From positions 20,578 through 84,577 of the forward strand of contig CAJVYS010000001.1 of NCBI GenBank assembly GCA_913009875.1: a stretch of 64,000 bases of DNA, written 5' to 3'. A program made the translations under genes and the position numbers. Below, piece after piece: positions 30,323 through 40,223 of the stretch (the first letter of the stretch is position 1; every line of letters begins with the position of its first letter). The DNA is from an uncultured Gammaproteobacteria bacterium (GTDB taxonomy: Bacteria; Pseudomonadota; Gammaproteobacteria; SZUA-152). The notes beneath the pieces were generated by a model. It did no database searches. It was not told the origin of the DNA and was given only the letters and a program-made list of their open reading frames with translations.

Positions 30323-33034
30323 TTAAGCAGTGAGGTTACGCGGCACGAAGCTCAGACTGTTGAAGGTACTCTTGTACTTGGATTCACCCAGTTTTTTCAC
30401 CTTGGCAATACCAAGCTTGTAGTTGTAGTTGCCGGTAATGATGTCCACCACCGCGCCCTGCAGCGAGTTGGTGGGTTGCCACATGTTAAGGAAGTTGGTG
30501 AACAGTACGCCCTTCTTGATCGCGGGTGTCACAAGCGCCACCGCCGTTACCGCGCCCTTGCCGAGTTCGATGTGCCCCTCTTTCATCAGGGTATCGAACT
30601 GCAGGTGGTTCTTGTAGACGCCGAGGATGGTGTCCTTGAAGGTCGGCACACGTTCGTTGTACATCATCACCAAGTCGCCCGACTCGATACCGCGCGCCGC
30701 GGCATCGTCCGGGTGGATCTCCATGAACTGGGTATCCGCCGGCCAGCGCTGGGCGATATAGGCGCGGCGTTCCGTGTCATCGAAACCCGATTGCCAGATC
30801 TCATTGATGCGGCCATTGGTGTGCCATAGCTCACCATCCTTTGGCTGCAGCCAGTACCAGTAATCGGAGATTAATGACCAGGGATGCTTCTGGAGATTGA
30901 CCTTGCCGGTCTGGCTGTTGAAGTGGGTGTACTTCTTGCTATGGAAATTGGCGCCTCTTGGCCCGTCCACGCCCCACTTTTTCTCCATGTCGGCCTTGGT
31001 CAAGGTGGTGTCATGCAGGCGTTTGGTGCCATGCAGTTCGCCGGTTTCGTAGTTATAGAAGGTGGGGCCCTGAATGCCATCGGTGCCCAGGGAACGCAAC
31101 TTTTCGTGCAGGGTGGTACCCTCGCGATGCGCCGCGACCTTGATCATGTGATAGGCCTTGCGGCTCTTGCGTGAGAAGCGTGACATCTCTTCCGCCACGT
31201 CGCTGGAGTTCTTCCAGTCATAGCCGTCGTAGCCCATGCGCTTGGCCATCTGGGCGATGATCCACCAATCGGGCTTGGCGTCGCCCGGGGCGTCATAGAA
31301 CTTCGAGTACAGGCGCATGCGGCGCTCACCATTGCCGCGCATGAAGTCTTCCTCGCCCCAGGTGGCGGCGGGGAATACGATATCGGCAAAGCGGCTGCCG
31401 ATGGGGTCACGCAGATAGATTTCGTGATTCCACACCACCATGCCACCGGAGTCGGCGCGCTTCTTCAGCGTGTCGATGATCTCCTGCTTGTCGTGCGAGC
31501 GCACCTGGTGAGGGTTGTGGGTCACCATCTGCTCGAAGGCCTGTTGCAGCCCCACGGTGCCGGCCATGGCCTGCACCCAGGTGGTGCCGATAACGTGCGC
31601 CAGACGGGTATGCCCGGATTTCAGCCAGCGGTCGGTGTCCAGTGGGCGCCGGCGTCTGCCCGGTACCTTCTCCGGTGATTTGTTGCGTGGATAGCTGCCG
31701 CCATTCTGACCACCGCGCTGGTGACCACCGAAGCGTCCCACCACCTGACCCGGCCGGCCGCCTGCGCCGCAGGTCGTCGCCAGGGAGGCGACGGCGTTGG
31801 TGTTGGATGTGCCGGCAGACCAATAGGCGCCCTTCTCAATGCCAAAGGAGGCCTTGATCCGCGAACCATCGGCCTTGGGCTTGGCCAGCCACTCGGCCGC
31901 CAGACGGATCTTGTCGGCATCGACGCCGGTGATGCGGGCGGCATTCTCCAGTTTGTACTCGTCCTGTGCCAGCAGCCACTTCTTGTAGCCCTCAAAGCCC
32001 CCGGTCTGAAACTTGCCCCAGGTGGTGCGCCACTGCCAGGGGGTGTTACGGGTGCCCTGGCCGAAACCGGAATTGGTTTCCCACTTGTTGTTGACCCACT
32101 TTTTGATCCATTCCTGATCCTGCCAACCGTTCTCGACGATGATGCGCGTGATCGCGCCCAGCAGCGGTGTATCGGTGCCCGGATAGAGGTCGAGGTGCAG
32201 GCCAACGCCCATTTTCTTGGCATAGGTCAGGCCGGCTGTCTCGCGCGGATTGATGAAGATAACCTTCATGCCACGATCGATGCCCGGCTTGATCCATTGG
32301 GTATAGATGATGGTCTTGGTTTCGTAGGGGTCGGTGCCACTGATCAACAGGGTGTCCGCCGCACCCCAGTCTTCATACGACGGGGCAAAATTGTCGAAAC
32401 CGGCATCACGATAACCCGGAGTGGAGGTCGCCTTGGAGGGCGTGTCGTGCCAGGTCCAGGCCGCGGTATTGACATCGCGGAAGGAGAAACGGGTGATGGC
32501 GTACATGTTTTCCAGAAACTGGTAACCAAAAGTCTTCACAGAATAGGCATTGGCACCATGGGCCTTGATGACATGCTTGCCCACCTCGGCGGCGATATCC
32601 AGGGCGAAATCCCAAGTCACTGGTTGCAGCATGCCATTGATGCGTACCAGGGGGTGCTTGAGCCTGTCCCGTGTCGGCTTGTCGGGATTGTAGACTTTCT
32701 GCGCGATACACCCGCCGCGGATACTGGAGTCACCCTGCAGGTTGACGTACTGGGTGCTCTTGTCGGGCGTGATCACCACATTATGGGGACGCCCTTTGTG
32801 CATCACCACATTGTGCTGAGTCGGCGCCACCCAGTCTTCCATGGCGGCCGAGGGAAAGTCGATGCCGAAGGCATTTTCCGCGGCCTTGGGGCCACCGCTG
32901 GGGGTACCTACCGGCCAGCGATAGACCTTGTAGCCGCAGGCCACGATGCAATAATCGCAGGCGGTGGTCAGCACATCACAATTCTTCGGCGGCAGCGGTG
33001 CATTGTCTTCAGGGATATAATACTCGGTAGTCAT
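30323..33034 (-). CDS. idrA: AioA-like molybdopterin catalytic subunit, probable dissimilatory iodate reductase large subunit
   Basis: CDYCIVACGY (CX2CX3C, [3Fe-4S] type) and SSIRGG, bis-MGD family motifs (GRINEIWQS, EIHPDDA), no own signal peptide, Rieske plus two CCP genes upstream. Confidence 0.82.
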   Translation of the reverse strand: MTTEYYIPEDNAPLPPKNCDVLTTACDYCIVACGYKVYRWPVGTPSGGPKAAENAFGIDFPSAAMEDWVAPTQHNVVMHKGRPHNVVITPDKSTQYVNLQGDSSIRGGCIAQKVYNPDKPTRDRLKHPLVRINGMLQPVTWDFALDIAAEVGKHVIKAHGANAYSVKTFGYQFLENMYAITRFSFRDVNTAAWTWHDTPSKATSTPGYRDAGFDNFAPSYEDWGAADTLLISGTDPYETKTIIYTQWIKPGIDRGMKVIFINPRETAGLTYAKKMGVGLHLDLYPGTDTPLLGAITRIIVENGWQDQEWIKKWVNNKWETNSGFGQGTRNTPWQWRTTWGKFQTGGFEGYKKWLLAQDEYKLENAARITGVDADKIRLAAEWLAKPKADGSRIKASFGIEKGAYWSAGTSNTNAVASLATTCGAGGRPGQVVGRFGGHQRGGQNGGSYPRNKSPEKVPGRRRRPLDTDRWLKSGHTRLAHVIGTTWVQAMAGTVGLQQAFEQMVTHNPHQVRSHDKQEIIDTLKKRADSGGMVVWNHEIYLRDPIGSRFADIVFPAATWGEEDFMRGNGERRMRLYSKFYDAPGDAKPDWWIIAQMAKRMGYDGYDWKNSSDVAEEMSRFSRKSRKAYHMIKVAAHREGTTLHEKLRSLGTDGIQGPTFYNYETGELHGTKRLHDTTLTKADMEKKWGVDGPRGANFHSKKYTHFNSQTGKVNLQKHPWSLISDYWYWLQPKDGELWHTNGRINEIWQSGFDDTERRAYIAQRWPADTQFMEIHPDDAAARGIESGDLVMMYNERVPTFKDTILGVYKNHLQFDTLMKEGHIELGKGAVTAVALVTPAIKKGVLFTNFLNMWQPTNSLQGAVVDIITGNYNYKLGIAKVKKLGESKYKSTFNSLSFVPRNLTA

Positions 33035-33136
33035 AGTGACACCCTCCGGTGATTCTTTTTAGTACCTTAGAAATAATTTTCTGCGCATTTTGTAGAAAAT
33101 TATTTTTTAGTGAAGGTACTTATCCTGTTTATGGGG

Positions 33137-33736
33137 TTACGATTCCAGCAGATTTTTGTGACGGCCAAAGATCAGCCCCATCATGCCTACGGCGTAGATA
33201 TTGTCGCCATCCAGTTCCAGTAGTACCTGGGGCAGGCTTTCGTAAGCCTGGCCCGAGACCACGATGCCATGTCGTCTCAGGTCATAGGTCGACAGATGGA
33301 GCGGACACTGGCCCAGGATGCGGTGCGGGCCTTCGGCCACATAGCTGCCCTGCAGCGGGCCGCCCTGGTGAGAGCAGATATAGTTGAAGGCAACCACATC
33401 CCGCTTCGGGCCGATGCCGCCACCGGCCTGTGCGCCCGCCATCTTGACGACCATGGCGGAAGAATTGGCCAGCTCATCCGGATAATTGAAATCCACCGGC
33501 ACGTTGTCTTTCAGCTCGCTGAGCTTGGCAATAAGCTTGCGGGGGTAACTCACCACCCGCGCCTGGGCCGCCTGTGCGCTGCCCGGAAATAGCGAGATGG
33601 TAATGGTGCTCGCCGCGACTGCCGTGCTGCCACTGTAAAGAAGGAACTGGCGGCGGGTGAGCATAACCTTGTTATGCACCGCGGCTGAACGTTCCTGCTT
33701 CTGCTTGTCTCTCGGTGTGCTTGTATCAGTACTCAT
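33137..33736 (-). CDS. idrB: AioB-like Rieske subunit with Tat signal
   Basis: TRRQFL Tat motif; CSHQG and CPLH Rieske boxes. Confidence 0.85.
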   Translation of the reverse strand: MSTDTSTPRDKQKQERSAAVHNKVMLTRRQFLLYSGSTAVAASTITISLFPGSAQAAQARVVSYPRKLIAKLSELKDNVPVDFNYPDELANSSAMVVKMAGAQAGGGIGPKRDVVAFNYICSHQGGPLQGSYVAEGPHRILGQCPLHLSTYDLRRHGIVVSGQAYESLPQVLLELDGDNIYAVGMMGLIFGRHKNLLES

Positions 33737-33765
33737 TTCTTGCCTCCGATTTCCGTTAGGAACGG

Positions 33766-35031
33766 TTATTTCGCAGCCTGCGCCGCCTCGAGTTCAGCCA
33801 ATGTGAACAGCGGCTTGTAGCCCGGCAGTCTGGGTTTGGCCATCATGATTTTTTCACCCGTGAAGGCTTCCAGGAAGGCCAGAAGATCCTCTTTTTCTTC
33901 ATCGCTCAAATTGAGCTTGGTGATCAACGGGGTCTTGGTCTTGGGGTAGCTGGTGGTGTTGCCTTCCTCATCGAAACCGCCGCGATCATAGAAGTCGATG
34001 ACTTCCTCGAGGGTATAGAACTGGCCCTGTCGCATGTAGGGTTCGGTGTAGCCGATATAACGCAAACTGGGAACCCGGAACTTGCCTTTGTCCCACTTGT
34101 TCTTGTTACGGAAGTACAGGCCGACATCGTCCTTGACCGTGCGATACAGTTCCTCGGTGGCACCCTTGGCATAGTATTCGAAGCGGAAGGTGATCTGTGC
34201 CAGTCCGTCTTCCAACCACCGCCCTGCGCGGGGGACACCGATATTGTAGTAATTTTCATTGGTAGCAAGGGCGCCATTATGACAAAGGATGCAGCGTGCC
34301 TTTCCTTCAAACAACGCCTTGCCACTCACCTGCTGCTCTGTCAGCGCGGAGCTGTCACCCAGAAGATATTTATCCAGTGGTGTATCACGCTGCACCAGGG
34401 TTCGCTCAAAGGCGGCGAGGGCCTTCCAGGCGTTGTTGATGGTGGGCCAGGGTTCACCGAAGGCCTCATTGAAGCGCTTGACGTACTCCGGGATCAGGCG
34501 CAGCCGTGCCTCCATAAGGTCATTCTCGCCGTTACCGGCGACACCGCCCTTGGCGGCGCTGGGTGCTTGCGCCTCCAGGGAGGGAACCGAACCTGCCCAG
34601 AACAACTTGCTGTAATAGGCGGTGTTGATAATGCTCTGGTTGCTGCGCCAGTGCACGGTGCCGGGATAGCCGCGGGAGATGTCTTCCGCCCAGGACCAGC
34701 CCTGCTCCGGGTCATGACAGGTGGCGCAGCTCACCGAGGCATCACCACCCAGGCGGGGATCAAAAAACAGCAGCTTGCCCAGTTCAATCTTGGCCTTCGA
34801 CATGGGGTTGTCAGGCGGAATGGGGGGTTCACCCAAGGGGGCCAGGGGCGGGATCGCCGCTTCCGGGGCCTTGGCAAACGTGCCGGCCATGGCGGGGGTT
34901 GGCCCCACTTGAGACATCCCGCTTGCTGAAGCCGATGGCTTGTCGCCCATGGCCGCCGCAACCGATACCGACAGAGCCGCTGCAACTGTCGTCGCCATTA
35001 TCAGAATAGACGTTTTCTTTAACGAACTCAT
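33766..35031 (-). CDS. idrP1: Di-heme cytochrome c peroxidase/MauG family protein (IdrP-type)
   Basis: Signal peptide, LGKLLFFDPRL, CATCH, CILCH, FRVPSLR; P1/P2 numbering assigned by position only. Confidence 0.75.
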   Translation of the reverse strand: MSSLKKTSILIMATTVAAALSVSVAAAMGDKPSASASGMSQVGPTPAMAGTFAKAPEAAIPPLAPLGEPPIPPDNPMSKAKIELGKLLFFDPRLGGDASVSCATCHDPEQGWSWAEDISRGYPGTVHWRSNQSIINTAYYSKLFWAGSVPSLEAQAPSAAKGGVAGNGENDLMEARLRLIPEYVKRFNEAFGEPWPTINNAWKALAAFERTLVQRDTPLDKYLLGDSSALTEQQVSGKALFEGKARCILCHNGALATNENYYNIGVPRAGRWLEDGLAQITFRFEYYAKGATEELYRTVKDDVGLYFRNKNKWDKGKFRVPSLRYIGYTEPYMRQGQFYTLEEVIDFYDRGGFDEEGNTTSYPKTKTPLITKLNLSDEEKEDLLAFLEAFTGEKIMMAKPRLPGYKPLFTLAELEAAQAAK

Positions 35032-35047
35032 GGCTCTCTCCTAGCGA

Positions 35048-36178
35048 TTAGTTGGGAACATCCAGCCAATTGGCGATTACTTCGTATTCTTTCGGATACG
35101 CTTCGGTCCACACGTGCCGACTGCTGGTCAGCGGTTTGCCGGATAGCGCTAGCAGAAAGGCCACCAGGTCTTTTTGCTCCTGCTTGCTCAGGTCCAGGGG
35201 TTTCATCCTGATGTCCTTGTTGCGGTCGTTATCACCACCACGGTTATAAAAGGCCACGACTTCCGGCAGTGTCTTGATCATGCCGTTGTGCATGTAGGGC
35301 GCGGTGTATTTCAGCTCCCGCAGACTGGGCGTAATGAACTTGCCTATGTCCGACCCATCCGCCTTGTGCTTCTGGATGTGGGCACCGGGGTCACGCTTGA
35401 GGTTCATGTAATTCACGATACCCATGAAATCGGCATAGCCAATGAAGGCCTGATGGCGCGCGGGATCGAGAAACACGTCAAAGTTCTCCTTTACGCCGGT
35501 GTTATATGGCTGGCCGTCGGTGAACATGGGGCCGTTGTGACAGGCGATGCAGCCCGCCTTGCCCTTGAACAGTTCCAGGCCGTGTTTTGCACTGGCCGAC
35601 ATCTGGCCGTCATCAAAAGGCGCCCCTTCCGAGTTCAGGGTCTTGAGGTATTCAGGGATGGCCTTGCGGGCGCCGCCATTGGACGGCTCACCCAGCCCCG
35701 CATCCTTGAACATCTTCACATACAGAGAGTCCTGCTTAAGACGCTCCTGCATGATGCGCATGTCCATGTTCATGATGTAAGATTCGGTAATCATGCCGCG
35801 GGTCACATCATTGAGGTTGGTGCCGATACGCCCGTCATGCATCCACACCGTTTTATGTGCGGCGTTGATCACGCTGGGGGCATTGCGGAAATGCTTGTTA
35901 CCGGGATAACCCTCGGACAGGGCGTCCGGATTGGCAAAGCCATATTCCGGCTTGTGACAGGTTCCGCAGGAGATGGCGGCATCTCCCGACAGACGCTTGT
36001 CAAAGAACAGACGCTTGCCCAGCTCTGCCCTGGCCTTGTTGACTTTGAGGGTCGCTAGCGGGCCAATATCATCGCCTGCTATCGCGACTGGATTCGCCAA
36101 TATCAAACCCATACCCAGGGCTGTTACGAGGAAACCCCTTTTATTCATAAATGGTCTTGTGGTCATTATGCCGGCCAT
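35048..36178 (-). CDS. idrP2: Di-heme cytochrome c peroxidase/MauG family protein (IdrP-type)
   Basis: Signal peptide, LGKRLFFDKRL, CGTCH, CIACH, F.TPSLR..TAPYMHNG; numbering by position only. Confidence 0.75.
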   Translation of the reverse strand: MAGIMTTRPFMNKRGFLVTALGMGLILANPVAIAGDDIGPLATLKVNKARAELGKRLFFDKRLSGDAAISCGTCHKPEYGFANPDALSEGYPGNKHFRNAPSVINAAHKTVWMHDGRIGTNLNDVTRGMITESYIMNMDMRIMQERLKQDSLYVKMFKDAGLGEPSNGGARKAIPEYLKTLNSEGAPFDDGQMSASAKHGLELFKGKAGCIACHNGPMFTDGQPYNTGVKENFDVFLDPARHQAFIGYADFMGIVNYMNLKRDPGAHIQKHKADGSDIGKFITPSLRELKYTAPYMHNGMIKTLPEVVAFYNRGGDNDRNKDIRMKPLDLSKQEQKDLVAFLLALSGKPLTSSRHVWTEAYPKEYEVIANWLDVPN

Positions 36179-36273
36179 TACTATTCCTCCTCAATTGATT
36201 GCGGGCCTCGCCCATGCCCTCAGGGCGAGGACGCATAGTAAATCGATTAAAATCCCTATCTGAACAGGGGGAT

Positions 36274-36290
36274 TGCACAATGCAGGCCAA
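36274..36290 (-). promoter_or_regulatory. Putative sigma54 (-24/-12) promoter for idr operon
   Basis: Minus strand TTGGCCTGCATTGTGCA = GG-N10-GC about 95 bp upstream of first ATG. Confidence 0.55.
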
Positions 36291-36586
36291 ACTGGCCATA
36301 TTACATATTTTCATTTTAAAACATTGGCTTACAGTACATATGTCGAATGTTTCACGGAACAATTTATGAACGCTTTGTTCTATGGAGTCAACCGCAGAGA
36401 CGACTTTGTTCACCCCTCCACGAAATAGCAGGGATATGGGCTGGGATGTCTGTGCAACACGGATCTCACCAGAACGCATGGCAGTCAGCTCACCCGTGTA
36501 GTGTCCTGTTACTTGCTTGTGTTTTGTCATAGCTCCCCTACCCGGATGTCACCTTGGCCTATGCCCTGGATCAGGCTGTGGCCCTA

Positions 36587-38995
36587 TCAGACAACAGCCT
36601 TTCTTTGCCTGCGAACCAACAGCAGACCCATCAGGAATACACCACCGGCAATACCCAGTGGCAAACCATAAACCCTCACCGGATCGACTTCGGCGGGCAG
36701 TACCAGCCAGTACCAAGTGGTCAAGGTATGCTTCGACCCGGCCTCACCATTGCTGCCATCCCAGTCGGCGAAGGACACCGGAATAAAGTCACCCTCATTA
36801 AAGCTCACATCGCCACTGTCACCCCCGTTGCGAGGACGTTTCATCAGCACGCTCCACTGACCATTGTCCCAGCGGCTCTGTACCGAAAGACTGTCATCAC
36901 CCTCTCGAGGCACTATTTTCTGGTTAGGCCCGGAGGCATCCAGCAAGGCACCCCGGGATGCCACAGCGGGTTCCACGCTGCCGGCATTCCAATACCACAT
37001 GGTGGTGGGATGGGCGCCATCGCCATGGCGGAACAGGGGCTTGACCACCACGGGCTTGGTCTTGAATGAATCCTGTTTGGGGAACTGGATCGCAAGGGCA
37101 TCGGAATACAGGGTCAGCTTACTGTCCTGTATCTGTGTCGACACGGCTTCCCCCGGACGGCTGTCGGTACGATCATCCACTTTCATTAAGAAGGCGATCT
37201 CATCCGCGTTGTACAATACCTGCACCGTAATCGAGTCATTCAGTGGCGTAAACAGCCGGTCTTCCTTAATGATGTTGGGCACCAGAGGCAAGGTCACTGC
37301 AGGTGCCGTGTCCCACACCTCATCGGTCAAACTATCCGGCAAGGCACCCTCGATCTTTGCGGCACGCACTACCGGCTCATCACTGGGGGCAGCGGATTTG
37401 TTGCGCAGGCTGTAGACGTAATTGGCAATGTGCCAGCGATCTTCCAGGGAAACGGGATCCTTGTTGCCCTCCTCCGTCGCCCGGTGTGCCGGCATGGGTG
37501 TGCCCGGCACACCGATGGACAGACGTGTATAGATGTTTTTAATGGTCTGTTCACGGACCTTCTCATCCTCGCCAGACACATTGGTGACACGCCAGGTCCA
37601 GGGTTTGGTGAGGTTGCGCGGCCAGAGCCGGTTACCCCAGTCATCCTTCAGTTTTTTACCGGAGGTAATATTGCCGCGACCGGTAATGCCGTGACACTTG
37701 CCGCAAACCTTTTCAAAAACGGGTTTACCCTTGGCCACGGACTCTTCACTGAAAGGAATCTGCGATGCAACGGGTTCCGTGTTGGTAATCTTTTGGTAAT
37801 CCGTTTTCAGATAGCGACCGTCATCATCGAAGAACTCATCATCGGCGTCTTCCGGCGCCCAGGCCGCGGTGGTGTCAAAACCCTTGATCACGGGAATCAG
37901 GCTACGAATCTGCTTGTCGCTCAACAACGTGCTCCACGCCGGCATCGCCGTCCCGTTCAGGCCATGTTTAATGGTATTGAACAAATCATCATCACTTGGC
38001 AGCTCGGTGCCCGGTGAGGTCTTGTATTTGAACAGCGAGAGGGTAAAGTCACGCGGCTTGGGATACATGAGATCGGTGGCAACACCATCTCCCGCCCCCT
38101 GCTCGCCATGGCACACCTGGCAGCGTTGCACATAAACGTCGACACCCATTTGTTGCTTATGGCGCGCACTGACCTTGGACGCCATGCCACTCACCACCTT
38201 GGAGATTTCCGCATCCCACATGCGTGGCACCTGGCCGACATAGTCATAAAGAAAGGTAATCACTTCCCAGGTCTCATTCTCGTTCAGCATCTCGTGCCAC
38301 ACGGGCATGGCGGAATTCCACGGTGTACCCTCTTTGGGCAGGCCCGGGCCACCGGTCGAAATACGCCAGAACAGATAGGCCTCCTGCAACTGGGCAATGG
38401 TACCGACATCCTGGAAGTTGGCCGGCTGGGGACTGAAGCCCAGGGCATAATGACCCTTACCGTCCAACAGATCGCCATGACAGAAGAAACAGTTTTTGTA
38501 ATAGACATCACGCCCCGCCTCGACGATCCCTTCATAGGCCTCCCAGCCTTTGTCCTCATCTTCGGCCATGGTTTTCAAAACCTGTTCGCGCAGCGGATTT
38601 TCCAACTTGGACAAATTGTGGCTTTTGCCGAAGACTCGTAATGAGCCCGGCGGCGCGGGATGTACTTGGCGCAGTTCCACTGGCGCATCCATGGAGGGCT
38701 TGACAAAGCCATAGGTGGTATAACCAACGAGGGCCGGGATGGCGAGCAGGAAACCCCAGCGCACAATCACCAGTCTTGGCTCTCTGAGCACCGCCAGGAT
38801 CGGTGAATTGAATTCTTTCCAGCGCGCCTCATCAAAGGAAAAATACAACAATACACTGACAATGGTAATGATCATGTACTGCACCATCAGCGAACTGGGC
38901 AGCAAGGGTGGAAAGGCATTATCAAAAATCAGGTAGGCGATAATGACGACCAACACAGCCTGCCAAAAAGCGGGAATTTTAATGCCTTTCATCAT
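36587..38995 (-). CDS. Membrane-anchored tri-heme cytochrome c with C-terminal ethylbenzene-dehydrogenase-gamma (EB_dh, heme b)-like domain
   Basis: 3 N-terminal TM helices; CFFCH, CQVCH, CGKCH; W..AP..TLPL...D.LAIQFP...WYWNA...W.V.MKRP...F..WDG; C-terminal TM. Confidence 0.85.
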   Translation of the reverse strand: MMKGIKIPAFWQAVLVVIIAYLIFDNAFPPLLPSSLMVQYMIITIVSVLLYFSFDEARWKEFNSPILAVLREPRLVIVRWGFLLAIPALVGYTTYGFVKPSMDAPVELRQVHPAPPGSLRVFGKSHNLSKLENPLREQVLKTMAEDEDKGWEAYEGIVEAGRDVYYKNCFFCHGDLLDGKGHYALGFSPQPANFQDVGTIAQLQEAYLFWRISTGGPGLPKEGTPWNSAMPVWHEMLNENETWEVITFLYDYVGQVPRMWDAEISKVVSGMASKVSARHKQQMGVDVYVQRCQVCHGEQGAGDGVATDLMYPKPRDFTLSLFKYKTSPGTELPSDDDLFNTIKHGLNGTAMPAWSTLLSDKQIRSLIPVIKGFDTTAAWAPEDADDEFFDDDGRYLKTDYQKITNTEPVASQIPFSEESVAKGKPVFEKVCGKCHGITGRGNITSGKKLKDDWGNRLWPRNLTKPWTWRVTNVSGEDEKVREQTIKNIYTRLSIGVPGTPMPAHRATEEGNKDPVSLEDRWHIANYVYSLRNKSAAPSDEPVVRAAKIEGALPDSLTDEVWDTAPAVTLPLVPNIIKEDRLFTPLNDSITVQVLYNADEIAFLMKVDDRTDSRPGEAVSTQIQDSKLTLYSDALAIQFPKQDSFKTKPVVVKPLFRHGDGAHPTTMWYWNAGSVEPAVASRGALLDASGPNQKIVPREGDDSLSVQSRWDNGQWSVLMKRPRNGGDSGDVSFNEGDFIPVSFADWDGSNGEAGSKHTLTTWYWLVLPAEVDPVRVYGLPLGIAGGVFLMGLLLVRRQRKAVV

Positions 38996-39074
38996 TCACC
39001 CCGTACCAATAATATCGATTTATAGATTTTTTCTTCACCAGCCCTGCGGACACCTGCATTTATCGAGACACTCA

Positions 39075-40223
39075 TTACTTACGTTCCATCAGGAAAGTCA
39101 CCAGCGCATCCAGCTGTGCATCGCTCATTTGTTCGGAAAAGTTAGGCGGCATCACCCCCGAGGGAAAGCCCTTGGCAATAACGGCATTGGGGTCGACAAT
39201 ACTCTGACGAACTTGCCCGGCATCCAGTCGTGCCCCCACATCATCCAGGCCGGGGCCAATCTTTCCGCCACTTCCCCAAATGATGTGGCAGGCCTGGCAG
39301 CCAAACTGGCCGATCACTGCCTTGGCACTACTGCTATCGCCGCCATCATCTCCGTCTGTCGCATGAGTGTCCGGCAGGGATGCCGCGATAGATTTCTTAC
39401 TGTCCACCAAATAGTCCACCAATATATCCAGCTCCTTCACCATCATCTGCTCGGCGAAGTCCTGCGGCATCACACCGGGCGGGAAGCCCTCGGCAATCAC
39501 CACATCAGGGGTGATAATGCCCTGACGGATTTCTTCGCGGGTGAAGCGAGCAACCATCTGATCCAGGTCGGGGCCGAGATCCCCTCCGCTGCCCAGTATT
39601 TTGTGGCAAGCCTGGCAACCATACTTGGCGACTACCTCTTCAATTGTGCCCGCGGGTCCAGCTGCTTCCGGGCTGGCGGTTTCCATCGCCGGCGCCTCTG
39701 TGGGAAGCGTCACCGTCACATCGTGTCCATCCTTGGCCTGAAGGAAGGCAATGATGGCATTGATCTCTATTTCCGAAAGCTCAATCGGCGGTTTATCGAC
39801 CGCCGGCATGGGTGAAATGGTGTCGTTACTTCCCTTCTTACCGAAGCCCTTCACCACGTAGATACCGGGATCGACCATGGATTCATGCAGGTAGGATTCG
39901 GCATCAGTGGCTGAGCCCTTGTAGCGCTCATCCTGCATATGCTGGTTGGCCACCTCCACCATATTGATCGCCAATATATCCGGGGCGCGGCCGAGATCGT
40001 TATGGCACAGGGCACAGGTTCCCTTTCCTGAAAAGAGGGTCTCACCCAGGGCGGCATAAGATTCCACGGTCAACGCCCCCAGATCCACTTTCTGCTCGAC
40101 AGGGGCCTCACCTTCCACCTGTGGCAACAGGTTGGCGACCAGGGTGAACAACAGTGCCAAGGCCAGACTGAAGCCCATACTTTTTGCCAGCACACCGCGA
40201 GGGGCTTTTGTCTTGTTGCTCAT
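39075..40223 (-). CDS. Membrane-anchored tri-heme cytochrome c
   Basis: N-terminal TM; CALCH, CQACH, CQACH; the last two domains are near-duplicates. Confidence 0.9.
   Translation of the reverse strand: MSNKTKAPRGVLAKSMGFSLALALLFTLVANLLPQVEGEAPVEQKVDLGALTVESYAALGETLFSGKGTCALCHNDLGRAPDILAINMVEVANQHMQDERYKGSATDAESYLHESMVDPGIYVVKGFGKKGSNDTISPMPAVDKPPIELSEIEINAIIAFLQAKDGHDVTVTLPTEAPAMETASPEAAGPAGTIEEVVAKYGCQACHKILGSGGDLGPDLDQMVARFTREEIRQGIITPDVVIAEGFPPGVMPQDFAEQMMVKELDILVDYLVDSKKSIAASLPDTHATDGDDGGDSSSAKAVIGQFGCQACHIIWGSGGKIGPGLDDVGARLDAGQVRQSIVDPNAVIAKGFPSGVMPPNFSEQMSDAQLDALVTFLMERK

Noticed and set aside
31721-33052. 443-aa plus-strand ORF
   Set aside because: Antisense shadow of the idrA-like gene
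30323-33736. Call as arsenite oxidase aioBA
   Set aside because: Tandem CCP genes and absence of arsenic-related genes favour idr; not excluded without a phylogeny
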